The notes: generated from the letters alone by a model not told the origin. A stretch of DNA of 64,000 bases from Candidatus Borrarchaeum weybense (GCA_019057385.1 JAHQJS010000004.1:948727-1012726); one strand, 5' to 3'; shown: positions 41,936-52,918, counted from the first letter of the stretch. Numbers and translations: made by a program.

Positions 41936-42559
41936 AATATCACCGGTAGAATCATTCTCAAAGAATATATGGACGTTTGACTTTATAAATCTTTATGTAT
42001 GCAAGTTCACCTAATTTCAAGCCCATATTTCAGGGCTGGACAGTTGTTCGATGATATTTTAGAAGACGAAAAAGGTTAATTGATAAATCAAGGAAATGAT
42101 AACAATGAAAATAAAGCATTAGAGAATTTTTTAATAAATAAAACTTAAAATATACTTATTTATTACTTGCTATACTTATCGATCAGTTGCTTTGGTTTAG
42201 TATAAGAGAACTAGTGATTTTTGGCAAATTCCAAAAGTATTAATCTATAAAATCACAACTGAATGGTCTTTTCTTTATGAGGAATACAAATATGCAAGTT
42301 TTTCACAAAAAATCCACTAATTTTAGAGATACAAATTTCTAATAGTTTTTGACATAAAAAAAATTTACATAATTAAACTTTTTTACTGTTATTATATTTG
42401 TATTATTCAAAAAAAAATTACATAGACCATTATTCTATTTTACAAATATCAATATATTTTTCTTTTTACGACACAAAAGTTATAAATAGTACATTGTTTC
42501 ACAAACAAACATTTCCAGTTGTTTATACTATAGTTAAAAAAAATTAGGAGAAAACAAAC

Positions 42560-44158
42560 ATGGGCGAAGTCTTTGCTCGAAAAAGTTCTGGTTTAGTTAG
42601 AAACATTAGCGCATGGGAAACATTGATCTTCAATGTACTGGTTATGGCTCCTTCAGCGGTCTATATCTATGGTATCTGGGCGACAGTCACGTTTCCAGGG
42701 GTATATCTACCCACGACTGCTCTGATATGTATCCCTATCTGTCTGATCATAGCTATTTTCTATAGTCTCTATTCGGCGGCTGCACCACGTTCTGGTGGTG
42801 ACTATATCTGGATTAGTCGTACGGTTCATCCAGGTCTCGGTTTTATGACGAATTTCTTCCTGTTCATTGTACTTATTAGCTTAGTTGGAACGGAGATTCC
42901 TTGGACCTTGGAGTATGCGATCGCACCACTCTTAGTGAAAATGGGGAATCCAACGGGAGCAGCAGCAATTTTGAATCCAGTCACGATGATGGTACTCGGT
43001 ACAGTCTATATCATACTTGTTTCACTAATTGCAGCACTTGGATCAAAATGGAACGCTAGGGTGTTAACGATTGCATTCTTCGTTATTGTGGCAGGTATTG
43101 TCACTTTTACAGCAGTCTTTGCAAGTATAACACCCGCACAGTATGCTGCGAACTTTGATGCATCTTCCATCCCTGGTGATATGACCTATGCAGGAACCAT
43201 TGCTGCGGGAAACGATGTAGCGAATACGTATGGACTGCCACTAATGACCGTTTTTCCACTTGCAGCGACCATGCTAGGCGTAACATTCACAATGATCAAC
43301 TTCCTTGGATTTGCACAGTCAGTGTACATTGCTGGTGAAATCAAAGATGTTCGAAGATCACAATTCATTGCTATTCTAGGGGCAGTCATAGTCTTCGGTC
43401 TGCTCACGTTTATGATCTACCAGTCGGCATACAATGGTATGGGCGGTGCTTTCGTTAACGCAATCAGTACAACCTATGTTTATGAAAGCCCGTATTACTG
43501 GACTAATATGCCAGTTGATGCGATAACAGGACCATGGTTTACAGTGCTTGCCATTTTTGCCACAGATAATCTCGGAGCTTACTTCATTATATGCCTAGGA
43601 TTTATGATGATGACTTGGGCCGCTGGACTCACATATGTTTACACCTGCACAAGATTGATGTTCAGCTGGAGCTTCGACAGAATCTTACCTACAAAGGTTA
43701 GTGCTGTAGATACGCGCTTTGCAACACCATGGGTGGCTCTAATCATTTGTGGCATTGTGGCCTTTCTTTTCATGGTACTATGGATCTACACAACAATTAT
43801 GGCATTCTTTGTGTACATCATCACAGGATGGTTCGTAGGAAATTGCATCGCATCAATAGCTGGGTTTATATATCCAACGAAAATGAAAGAATCCTTTGAA
43901 TTAGCGCCGGACATTGTAAGAAAGAAAATCGGTCCATTCTACACGATCCAATGGGCAGCTATAGGCTCATTTATTGTCTCAGCCTGGATGGCATATGCCG
44001 GTATGACTCCAACGATCTCAGGTGCTGTAAGTGTAGCTAATCTCGCATTTACATTCGTGTTCTGGCTAATCGCTTGGATCATCTTCGGAATCGCTTGGAT
44101 CTATCATAAGAACAGAATTCCGCTATCATTAACATTCAAAGAGATTCCACCAGAATAA
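42560..44158 (+). CDS. APC family amino-acid permease
   Basis: FARKSSGLVR, PRSGGDY, AGEIK, SFDRILP. Confidence 0.92.
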   Translation: MGEVFARKSSGLVRNISAWETLIFNVLVMAPSAVYIYGIWATVTFPGVYLPTTALICIPICLIIAIFYSLYSAAAPRSGGDYIWISRTVHPGLGFMTNFFLFIVLISLVGTEIPWTLEYAIAPLLVKMGNPTGAAAILNPVTMMVLGTVYIILVSLIAALGSKWNARVLTIAFFVIVAGIVTFTAVFASITPAQYAANFDASSIPGDMTYAGTIAAGNDVANTYGLPLMTVFPLAATMLGVTFTMINFLGFAQSVYIAGEIKDVRRSQFIAILGAVIVFGLLTFMIYQSAYNGMGGAFVNAISTTYVYESPYYWTNMPVDAITGPWFTVLAIFATDNLGAYFIICLGFMMMTWAAGLTYVYTCTRLMFSWSFDRILPTKVSAVDTRFATPWVALIICGIVAFLFMVLWIYTTIMAFFVYIITGWFVGNCIASIAGFIYPTKMKESFELAPDIVRKKIGPFYTIQWAAIGSFIVSAWMAYAGMTPTISGAVSVANLAFTFVFWLIAWIIFGIAWIYHKNRIPLSLTFKEIPPE

Positions 44159-44284
44159 ATACAAACCAATTTAACGCATCTACACCATGCGCCAACTCTT
44201 TTTTTTATTTTTTAGTTATTTCTGATATGTCTTGCCTTTTAACTCAAACAGTGCGCGATATCCACAGCTTCTAGTTTTGTAACC

Positions 44285-44995
44285 TTATTGTGGATGCCCC
44301 AACTCTTTGAGTGTTTTACTAAAAATCCGATCAAGCTTTTTTTCAGGTGTAATATTATTAAGGATACTTGAAACCTCAGAGGGGCGTTTCTTAGCAAGAA
44401 GTTTACAAGCATAAATGCATGTCCATTTCAAGTTTATGTCGTTTTCTTGACTCCATTCGCTTAAGACATCAATAATTTCTATATTTTTACGTTCAATAGC
44501 CCTAAGTGCAAAAGCAGCGGTTTTTCTTTCGTTTTTATCATCGCTTTGTGCAAATTCCTTAATTAAGTCCATCAATGGCTTTTGTTTTTCTTTTCTGATG
44601 ATCTTTGCAAGCATATCACCAACAGATCTATTTACAATCGTAGTTTTATCCTTTGCTAAGGTACGAACCATACCTTTTAGTTGCTTGTTCATAGCAGGAA
44701 GATGTTCTAGGATTTTAGCTGTTGCCATTCTGACTTCCCAGGAAGGATCATTAATACCTATTTGCGAAAATCTCACCAACACTTCCGGTTTGTTTTTGAA
44801 GAGGTCACCTACAGCAAGTAAGGTCGTACGTCGTAAGTAGGGATTATTATCTGTTATCCATCTTTCTAAAAGAATTAATACTCTTTTCTTAGCTGAAGGA
44901 TGAGCCTTTCCTATCATTTTTAATATTTTTAATGCACGTGTACGTAATTCTGCCTTACTATTTCCTCCGAGCGCTCTGATTTCTTCTGCGTCCAT
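44285..44995 (-). CDS. HEAT-repeat protein
   Basis: DNNPYLRR, DPSWEVR, DDKNERK repeats. Confidence 0.75.
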   Translation of the reverse strand: MDAEEIRALGGNSKAELRTRALKILKMIGKAHPSAKKRVLILLERWITDNNPYLRRTTLLAVGDLFKNKPEVLVRFSQIGINDPSWEVRMATAKILEHLPAMNKQLKGMVRTLAKDKTTIVNRSVGDMLAKIIRKEKQKPLMDLIKEFAQSDDKNERKTAAFALRAIERKNIEIIDVLSEWSQENDINLKWTCIYACKLLAKKRPSEVSSILNNITPEKKLDRIFSKTLKELGHPQ

Positions 44996-45191
44996 TTAAC
45001 CCCTTCATCAGTTACCAATTTTGAGTAGGGAAATAATTCGTAAATAACTCGAATTTTATGTATGATTTCTACATATTTTAAGGTTCAACTAAGTATAATA
45101 TCTTTGCCAAATAATTCACTAAATAAAAAGCGTGAGAAACGAAGTAGAGTATATACAATAAAGGGGAGCAAATTTTGATAAATATTATTTC

Positions 45192-47024
45192 TCACAATAT
45201 AGAATCTAAATTTAATCGCTTAATTGTCTCTGGGGTGGGTATACCTTGATCATCCCACCCGCGAAGCGCATAATATTCATCAAGCATAATATCTTGTTCT
45301 TCTCTAGTAATTACATGGCCTTTTGAAGCACCAGTTATTAAAGGCTCCTCAGAAAGACGTTTTGGCAGATAATCATCTTTTCTCGAAATACCCTCTCGTA
45401 CGCTATACATACGTGATAAGTCATGAATTCGTTCAGCAATTATTCTTAGTTGATTTTCATCATAATCAAAGCCCATGATCGTTTTACACAGTCTAATCAT
45501 TTTATCCCATGGGAATATATCACGGACGAATCGGCAAAGAATAAAGGAATCAAAGATTACAAACCTATCCTCATATTCTTTCACAAGAGGGGCCTTCTCT
45601 TCTGGTGCTAATCTATCCCCTGAAACTCCTCTAAAATCAAAAATGTAACCAGTGCATCGAAGATGGCATGCCCCACGAACCGAAGTCATATATCCTAACG
45701 CCATACAATATAACGCTCGGGGGTCGTATCCAGCTGGCTCTAAGCCCTTAACATGAATTGCTAGATCAGACAAGCCAAGTTTATCAGCAGCTTTTCTAAC
45801 TCCTTCTGAAAGTATATCACCAAAGCCCTCTCGTTTCACGATCTTGTCCATGATGTACATAACGCTTTCAGGATCTCCATAGTCTAATGGAATTTCTGAT
45901 TCTAGTCGTCCTCTCTTGTAAGCTTCAATTGCAAAAGAAACCACATTTCCCCCAGTCATTGAGTCAAAACCCATCTTATCACAGTAGTCATTCATTCTGA
46001 CTATTTCCCGCAGGTCGTTTATCATGTTTAGTCCGCCGAAACTGTAGATCGTCTCGTATTCCGGTCCCTCGATCCTGATTATAGTACCATCTTTTTGCTT
46101 TGCTTCACCCATTTTTCCGCATTTGATTTCACAAGCATAGCACCCTTTCGATTTTATCGTAATCTGTTCACGAACTGCCTCAGCATTGATTTTCTCATAA
46201 TCTTCGAAGAATCCGTCTTTCCAGTAACCACCTGTTGGGAATGATCCTGTGGTATTGACGAGGTTAACGGTTACTGGTGTTCCATAAGTTGGGTAGATTT
46301 CGCTTGTAGCTTTATTCGTTCTTATCTCTTCATTCATATCTTTGAGGAATTTCATGAACCCTTCTCGATCTGCAAGTTCAAAGCGTTTTTTTCCTCGTGC
46401 TGCAATTGCCTTCAGGTTTTTTGACCCCATCACTGCTCCAGGGCCACATCGTCCTGCAGATCGCCAGTAATCATTCTTTATGTTTGCGAACTTGACTAAA
46501 TTCTCTCCAGCAGGTCCAATACAGGCGACTCTAATCTTCTTATCACCTAATTCCTCCTTTATGGCATCTTCTGTGTCATATGTTATTTTTCCCCATAGAT
46601 GTGATGCGTCCTTAATTTCAACGCCTCGATCGCTAATCCAAAGGTAAACTGGGCTTTCAGCTTTTCCTTCTATAATCACTACATCGTAACCGGCAAACTT
46701 AAGCTGAGGTGCAAAATGCCCTGCCGAGTAGGACTCCGCGTATATGTCCGTTAAAGGTGATTTAAAAAAGACCCCATAGCGTCCGCCTGTTGGAAAGCCT
46801 GAACTAGTAGCAGGTCCAACTGTGATAATCAACTTGTTATCAGGGGAAAGTGGTTCCACATCTTTTCCTACTTCTTTGTAGAGTAGATATGTTCCGAACC
46901 CTTTGCCACCAATCCATTCTTTAGCAAAATCTTCCTGTAGAGGTTCTTCTGTGATTTCATTATTTGTGAGATTAACACGTAGAATTTTTCCAGCATATCC
47001 AAAGAGCAATTCTCTTGCCTCCAA
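45192..47024 (-). CDS. aor: Tungsten aldehyde:ferredoxin oxidoreductase family
   Basis: KSPLT, IGPAGEN, GR.G.GAVMGSKNLKA, CYAC...C, PEYET, YYALRGWD. Confidence 0.95.
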   Translation of the reverse strand: MEARELLFGYAGKILRVNLTNNEITEEPLQEDFAKEWIGGKGFGTYLLYKEVGKDVEPLSPDNKLIITVGPATSSGFPTGGRYGVFFKSPLTDIYAESYSAGHFAPQLKFAGYDVVIIEGKAESPVYLWISDRGVEIKDASHLWGKITYDTEDAIKEELGDKKIRVACIGPAGENLVKFANIKNDYWRSAGRCGPGAVMGSKNLKAIAARGKKRFELADREGFMKFLKDMNEEIRTNKATSEIYPTYGTPVTVNLVNTTGSFPTGGYWKDGFFEDYEKINAEAVREQITIKSKGCYACEIKCGKMGEAKQKDGTIIRIEGPEYETIYSFGGLNMINDLREIVRMNDYCDKMGFDSMTGGNVVSFAIEAYKRGRLESEIPLDYGDPESVMYIMDKIVKREGFGDILSEGVRKAADKLGLSDLAIHVKGLEPAGYDPRALYCMALGYMTSVRGACHLRCTGYIFDFRGVSGDRLAPEEKAPLVKEYEDRFVIFDSFILCRFVRDIFPWDKMIRLCKTIMGFDYDENQLRIIAERIHDLSRMYSVREGISRKDDYLPKRLSEEPLITGASKGHVITREEQDIMLDEYYALRGWDDQGIPTPETIKRLNLDSIL

Positions 47025-47216
47025 TTGAGGAGTCTCTATAATTAGATGTTAAAATTTAGTGAAGTTAGTTACAAAAGGTCAATCTATTTATATTTTTGTT
47101 CTTTGGCGTAACTCTATCTCAACTGTTGTTTAGTCACAATTTCATCAACTTTAGCAATAGCTTTTAAAAACAATAGCTTTTAAAAACATCTAAAAACAAT
47201 TTCAGATGTGAAAACA

Positions 47217-47495
47217 ATGGCAGAAAAAACTCTAGAAGAATTGCTTCCAGAAGGACCTGAAAACTTTCCAGTAGGAGAAGGTGTGACCGTGCTAAGAGGA
47301 AAAACCTTGGCAAAAACAGGACAGTGGCTGAAAGCAATTCTCTTAACCGAATCAGGTAACAAAAAGCAATTACGACTATATGGATGGCAAAAGAACAAAG
47401 AAGGTCAATACAAAAATCGCCAAAAGTTCAATATTTCGCAAGGATATATGAAAATGCTTTCAAATATTATGCTGGCATTTCTAGACGAGAAATAA
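47217..47495 (+). CDS. Small protein, possible PC4/Pur-like ssDNA-binding fold
   Basis: Beta-rich LRLYGWQK...KFNI followed by amphipathic helix. Confidence 0.55.
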   Translation: MAEKTLEELLPEGPENFPVGEGVTVLRGKTLAKTGQWLKAILLTESGNKKQLRLYGWQKNKEGQYKNRQKFNISQGYMKMLSNIMLAFLDEK

Positions 47496-47717
47496 ATGCG
47501 GTTTAGAGCACTGTATATCTGAGACGTATGTTTATACCTTCAAACTTTAGAGAAAATATACCCATTCCTTTCTCAAGAGATATCAGTTCTATTTTGCTGG
47601 AAAAACGTAAATACACCTTATTTTATTTCATTTTTCTATAAATCTTTATCAAGGATTTCTACTTACTAAACGAATAAGATGGGTAACAATTAAACGGATG
47701 AAAAAGGTGAAAAAGTA

Positions 47718-48962
47718 ATGCTTAACGGCGAGATCTTGACCATGGACGATTTTGATTTAAAAGGAAAGACAATCTTAATAAGATGTGATTTAAACTCACC
47801 TGTAGATCGCGAAACGGGTATAATCACTGATGATACAAGAATTAAGGCACATGCAAAAACTGTGAGGGAACTTTCTGAAAAAGGAGCTAAGACAGCAGTT
47901 ATGGCTCATCAAGGAGATCCTTTATTTCTTGAAAATTTCGTTCCCTTAAAAGAACATGCTCAGATTCTTTCTAAATACTCTGGGGTAGAAGTTACTTACA
48001 TCGATGACACATTTGGACCTGCAGCTCGAGTAGCAATAAAGAATTTGGAAAATGGCCAGGTTTTATTGCTAGAAAATACAAGATATTTTGCAGAAGACAC
48101 TAGATTATTTGAGGATACAATCACACGATCTCCAGAGGATCAAGCTAAATGTCAACTTGTGCAGAAACTTTACCCCTTAGCTGACTATTTTATGATTGAT
48201 GCTTTCGCTGCAGCTCATAAATCCCAACCTTCAATTGTTGGTTTTGCGGAAGTGCTTCCAACTCTAGCGGGTCGAGTAATGGAAGCCGAGGTGAGTGCAT
48301 TGATGAAGGTTAGAGATGATCCCGAAAAACCTTGTGTTTTCCTTTTGGGTGGAAAAAAAATCTCTGATAAATACGTAGTAATAGAGCCAGTTCTTAAGAA
48401 TAATACTGCGGACAAGGTTTTAACTTCTGGGGTCATAGGCATGATAATGCTAAAAGCTTCTGGTTACGAACTTGGAAAACCTTCAGAAATCCTCATTCAA
48501 GAGATGAAATTCGAGAAATATCTCTCACAATCTAAAAAATTATTAGAAGACTATGGTGACAAAATAGAGTTACCTGAAGATTTTGTTATTGATGGTGTAA
48601 AAGAGATAAACGTTTCTGAATTACCAGTAGATGCTAGCATTGGTGACATAGGTAGAAAAACGATTGAAAAGTATAAGACACAATTAGAAGGCGCAAAAAC
48701 AGTATTTTTCAGTGGTCCACCAGGAATATTCGAAAAGAGAGAATTTGAAACTGGAACAAAGGAGATCCTGAATGCAATTAGCGCTGCTGGGGCTTTCTCA
48801 GTAGTTGGTGGCGGACATTCAATCGCTGCAATAGAGCAATATAATGTCAATGTAAACCTCACTAGCACTGGTGGAGGCGCATTAGTGAGATATTTGTCTG
48901 GTGAAGAGTTACCTGCAATAAAAGCATTGAAGAAAGCTGCAAAACGATATTTGAATAAATAA
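47718..48962 (+). CDS. pgk: Phosphoglycerate kinase
   Basis: RCDLNSP, LLENTR, DAFAAAH, GGGH, STGGGA. Confidence 0.97.
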   Translation: MLNGEILTMDDFDLKGKTILIRCDLNSPVDRETGIITDDTRIKAHAKTVRELSEKGAKTAVMAHQGDPLFLENFVPLKEHAQILSKYSGVEVTYIDDTFGPAARVAIKNLENGQVLLLENTRYFAEDTRLFEDTITRSPEDQAKCQLVQKLYPLADYFMIDAFAAAHKSQPSIVGFAEVLPTLAGRVMEAEVSALMKVRDDPEKPCVFLLGGKKISDKYVVIEPVLKNNTADKVLTSGVIGMIMLKASGYELGKPSEILIQEMKFEKYLSQSKKLLEDYGDKIELPEDFVIDGVKEINVSELPVDASIGDIGRKTIEKYKTQLEGAKTVFFSGPPGIFEKREFETGTKEILNAISAAGAFSVVGGGHSIAAIEQYNVNVNLTSTGGGALVRYLSGEELPAIKALKKAAKRYLNK

Positions 48963-49013
48963 AAAATTCAATAATATCAAATCATTTCTTTTTCCTTACG
49001 AAGATATTATTGT

Positions 49014-49060
49014 GTGAACTACCTCACGCTAAAGCTGTGGTGCTTTCTTGCTTAGGTTCT
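49014..49060 (-). mobile_element. 47-bp IS200/IS605 mini-element (PATE-like)
   Basis: Minus strand TTTAC|AGAACCTAAGCAAGAAAGC-hairpin-GGTAGTTCAC combines left-end and right-end features of the element at 20357-21732. Confidence 0.7.
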
Positions 49061-49084
49061 GTAAAGACTAGCAAAACCGTTAAT

Positions 49085-49321
49085 TTATAATCCCGCATCT
49101 TTGCGAGCTTTATCTGCTTCTTCTCGACCAATATAACCTTTTTCTCCGTTCTGTAGCGTGATTTTGAGTCCTTCTAAATATTTGATCCCGCAATTTTGAT
49201 GCCAATAATAATTATAACCTTTAGATGGGGCAAATCTTAGCCTAATCGAGCCTTTTTTAATCACGTCTCTACAGTATTCACATTTTGTGACCCCTGAGGG
49301 TGCTTCTTCTATATGAAACAT
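49085..49321 (-). CDS. Stand-alone PARP-type zinc finger protein
   Basis: IEEAPSGVTKCEYC...IKKGSIRL...YYWHQNC = C-x2-C...H-x2-C zf-PARP pattern. Confidence 0.8.
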   Translation of the reverse strand: MFHIEEAPSGVTKCEYCRDVIKKGSIRLRFAPSKGYNYYWHQNCGIKYLEGLKITLQNGEKGYIGREEADKARKDAGL

Positions 49322-49565
49322 TGCGTAAAATTCCTCATTCTGTCAAACCGTATTTTACGTTTACATCTTATTGAATTAAAAACTTTCTTAAAAACACCTC
49401 AATAGGAATTAACATCTCGGAGCCTGGGATCGGAAACGCATCCTCCGATGCCGAAGCAGACGATCGAAGGCGATCTAACTGCGTTTAAATCTAGATTTTA
49501 TTGCAGTTACAAATATTTCTGACAGTGGAAAAACTTAATAATAAAGAACTTCAAATTGGCTTACA

Positions 49566-49748
49566 TTGGGAGTTGGGGGGAAAATGGTCAAGAACGATTT
49601 TACAAACGCTATGCTTAATCTCTACAAGAAAGCACTCGCTATGTCTACAAGGGCGAAGAAAATCGAAGAACTCAATGCTTTTATAGAATTCCTGGCTTTT
49701 GAATTTAAGCGGAGAAAGAATCAAAGAGAGGTAAGGCTAGACAATTAG
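49566..49748 (+). CDS. Small hypothetical protein
   Basis: Short helical ORF, likely start at MVKNDF. Confidence 0.35.
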   Translation: MGVGGKMVKNDFTNAMLNLYKKALAMSTRAKKIEELNAFIEFLAFEFKRRKNQREVRLDN

Positions 49749-49901
49749 AATCGAAGAGCTCGTGAAAATGAATTCATGCACCTTAAGATCTTTAGCAATT
49801 AATATCAAGATCTATAGACCAGATAGTTGATATCTAGATTTATTCTTGAGTCTCTTATATAAAAAGATTTAAAATTGATTGAAAAAAGTGGAAGATGGCA
49901 T

Positions 49902-50951
49902 TTACCATAGACGTCGTTTTGGTTCCATGCCCAAATACTTGTTTGTTAAGCTAACTGCCTCAAGACGGTCTGTTTGCAACTGGAGAGATGCTCGAATCCC
50001 GTCTAGCGACTCGGGAATGGTCACAGCTTCCTGCGGGATATATATGGCATACATTGCTAATTTTCCAATAGTCGTCACTGTCTCTTCCCACACCACAGTT
50101 TCATACATATCCGCAAAAGGCTTCCCTGCGAATCGATTGAACTGGAGAAGTGATGTATTCGTATTAAAACCATCAGCAATCCTTAAAACTTGAATCCTTG
50201 GATGCGCATTGAAGGCATCTAGCATTTCTTCCTTTGTCAGGGGTTTCTTTGGAGTTGCTACTACATTTATAATATGGCCATGTGTCACAGGCACATGAAC
50301 AAGGAATCCTGTGGCTTGAACATGAGGCATAATCTCCATCAGATCAACTGCTTGGTGATTTGGAACTGGTTCAGGTTTCAATATGTCAACATACCCTCTA
50401 TGGGTGTCACCTGGGTCAGCACATCGTCGGACGATTGTTACCGCGATATTTTCAATTCCATGAGTTCGATCCAAACAGTCAACGGTTCTGATCAGCCCTG
50501 TCGTGTTGCAACTCGTCAGTTTGAGATAAGATTGACCCACACCTTTTTCGTAATTGGCATATCCATGAAAGAACACATCTGCAACCTCACCTGCTTCCCC
50601 ACCTTGGAAAACTGCAGGAACCTTGAATTTTTCGTAAAGAATCTTATTTTTAGCGCCGATACCTCCCGGTGCCGCGTCTAATATAATATCTACCTCTTGC
50701 AGGAGATCTTCAGCAGTACCAGCAACTGGTATGCCAGCATCTTCAATACTTTTAGTGCGTGAAGGGTCAACGCAATATAACTTGACTTCTTTATCGGCAA
50801 GGCGCATCCCTCTTGCCTTTAGGGATTTGATTGCTAAAGTCGGAGCAATATCAGCTACACCAACAAGTTCCATATCTTTCTGAAGCGCCGCTCCATAAGC
50901 CAAACGAGTCCCAATTTGACCATAACCGAAAATGCCAACTTTTGTTACCAT
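49902..50951 (-). CDS. gap: Archaeal type II glyceraldehyde-3-phosphate dehydrogenase
   Basis: GYGQIG, FQGGE, SCNTTGL, RR.ADP, QEA..IPE. Confidence 0.95.
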   Translation of the reverse strand: MVTKVGIFGYGQIGTRLAYGAALQKDMELVGVADIAPTLAIKSLKARGMRLADKEVKLYCVDPSRTKSIEDAGIPVAGTAEDLLQEVDIILDAAPGGIGAKNKILYEKFKVPAVFQGGEAGEVADVFFHGYANYEKGVGQSYLKLTSCNTTGLIRTVDCLDRTHGIENIAVTIVRRCADPGDTHRGYVDILKPEPVPNHQAVDLMEIMPHVQATGFLVHVPVTHGHIINVVATPKKPLTKEEMLDAFNAHPRIQVLRIADGFNTNTSLLQFNRFAGKPFADMYETVVWEETVTTIGKLAMYAIYIPQEAVTIPESLDGIRASLQLQTDRLEAVSLTNKYLGMEPKRRLW

Positions 50952-51257
50952 TTTGATTTCACCTCAATGAGTATATATCTAAAAAGTGATATCCTAAAGT
51001 GTATACCTAAAAGCTATTTAAGACTTAGCTTTTTTGCTGATAGACACTTACGTCACAGATCAGACAGGTCTTTACCTCACACAAATAGGGGTGCACGTCA
51101 TAAGTCTGAATCCTGCGAAATTGATGACTGGGTTTTGTTCAATATCGATTTTCTCACGTTTAAGCTCGATGCCTTGCGTGATAAGATGCAAGGAATGCTG
51201 TACTAAATTTGTGGAGTTTAAAAATCAACTGTAATATAAGATAAATAGAAGGCGATC

Positions 51258-52784
51258 ATGATGATTCAGACCATCAAACTCCGAATGTATCCTGATGAGG
51301 CACAAGAATATCAACTCCATGAAATCTTTACCATCTATAACCGGGTGAAACGCATTGGTTACAACCTGCTGTTTCATAACGAGGACTACATGGTAGAGCG
51401 CTTCGATGAGGGTAAAACCATCCAACAGTGTTTGATGAGTCTGTGCCACAATAACCCTTATGTCAATACTATCTTGATTGACAACAAGGCGCAACTGGAA
51501 TCACAAAAGACGTGGCTGGAAAAACGACGCACACGCATGACACAGCAGCTACAAGTCATCATCAAGAAAATCAAAACAATAAAAGAGAAAGATACACATG
51601 ACAGACGGTTGAAGGGCTTATACGCCCGTAGATCCTCAATAATGGCTAAACTGCGCAATTTACACCTCGAACCTGTGGTATTTGGCACTAAGAAATTATT
51701 CAGAGACAGAATACGCGGCAACATAAGTAGGGAAGAGTTCAGGATACGACGGGATTCTTCTTTCAGTTGCATTGGAAAGCAACAGGGAAAAAACCTGAAC
51801 ATTAAAGTATTGCCCAGAAAAACCGTCAAGATACGCACCTTTTCCAAGCAAAAAGGATGCAAATGGCTGATCATTTCCCTTTCCGTAAACTCTGTGCAGG
51901 AAAAATGGTTTCAAGATATTTTTAATTCCGACAAATACACGGTGACCGTGAAACGGAAGTTTTTCAAGGGGACGGTGCGTTATTTTGTCCATGTTTCTTA
52001 TGAAATTCCAGAACCTGTACCACGTTGTGGCTACGAACATGGTGCCATCGGATTAGATTTCAACTATAATTTTGTTGCCCTGACCAATGTCGATCAACAT
52101 GGTACATTACTCTCTTATCATACCATTTCGTTTTGCAACCTCCACAGCTATCGAACAAATAAACGTAGCGATTACATCTCTTATAAGATGGATAAAGTCG
52201 TCAATTATTGCATCAATAAGGGCAAGGGCATCGTGGTCGAGGACTTACAATTCGGCCAAGAGTTTTACTATAATAAAAAACGCAACCGAAAATTCAGCAA
52301 TATGAAGACCACTGCCTTGCAGCTGTTAGAGAGAAAATGCAAAAAGCGAGGTGTGTCCTTTCGAAAGGTATTTCCTGGATATACCTCCATAATCGGGAGG
52401 TATAAGTATTCAGGATTACATAATTTGTCAACACATCACTTAGCAAGTTATGTAATAGCTCGAAGGGGTTTAGGTTTCAGGGAAGTCATTCCAGCCATCT
52501 ACGATTGGGTGTCCTCACAAGTCGGGGAGTTCATAGAACCCCGTTTGAAACAGGATAGTCCTTACCGTAGATGGTCGATGATCCATGACCTCTTCAAGCA
52601 CAGTGGGATAACTTCCTTCAAGGCTGCCGAAATACTTAAAAAAACAGTATTAATGAGGCATGTTTTGCACTCGGTGACGAGCGCACAGCCCGATAACCTT
52701 AAGGCTGGTTCTTCCTTCTTGAAAGCAGGGAGAATTGATGATTATTATAAAGTGTGGAATTTTATAACTAATCCCACATTATAA
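51258..52784 (+). CDS. TnpB-related protein with non-canonical RuvC-III and no zinc finger
   Basis: QTIKLRMYP, GLDFN (RuvC-I), VVEDL (RuvC-II), V.PGYTS.IG..KY, HHLASYVIARRG in place of the RuvC-III Asp motif. Confidence 0.8.
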   Translation: MMIQTIKLRMYPDEAQEYQLHEIFTIYNRVKRIGYNLLFHNEDYMVERFDEGKTIQQCLMSLCHNNPYVNTILIDNKAQLESQKTWLEKRRTRMTQQLQVIIKKIKTIKEKDTHDRRLKGLYARRSSIMAKLRNLHLEPVVFGTKKLFRDRIRGNISREEFRIRRDSSFSCIGKQQGKNLNIKVLPRKTVKIRTFSKQKGCKWLIISLSVNSVQEKWFQDIFNSDKYTVTVKRKFFKGTVRYFVHVSYEIPEPVPRCGYEHGAIGLDFNYNFVALTNVDQHGTLLSYHTISFCNLHSYRTNKRSDYISYKMDKVVNYCINKGKGIVVEDLQFGQEFYYNKKRNRKFSNMKTTALQLLERKCKKRGVSFRKVFPGYTSIIGRYKYSGLHNLSTHHLASYVIARRGLGFREVIPAIYDWVSSQVGEFIEPRLKQDSPYRRWSMIHDLFKHSGITSFKAAEILKKTVLMRHVLHSVTSAQPDNLKAGSSFLKAGRIDDYYKVWNFITNPTL

Positions 52785-52918
52785 ATAATTGTAAGGTTTA
52801 AGAATATCCACATAATTTTTCTTGATTCCCAGTCCGTTTCGTAAGTTCAAAATTTGTCTTCCTCTTATAAGCTCTAAATTTAGAAAGTCAAATTAAGGAT
52901 TCAAAGGAGTTCCTAATT

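Noticed and set aside
41940-42559. Very AT-rich 600-bp gap as a replication origin
   Set aside because: No ORB-like repeats or adjacent cdc6/orc1; more simply a divergent promoter region.
49410-49490. GC-richer patch as tRNA or sRNA
   Set aside because: No cloverleaf or T-loop consensus.
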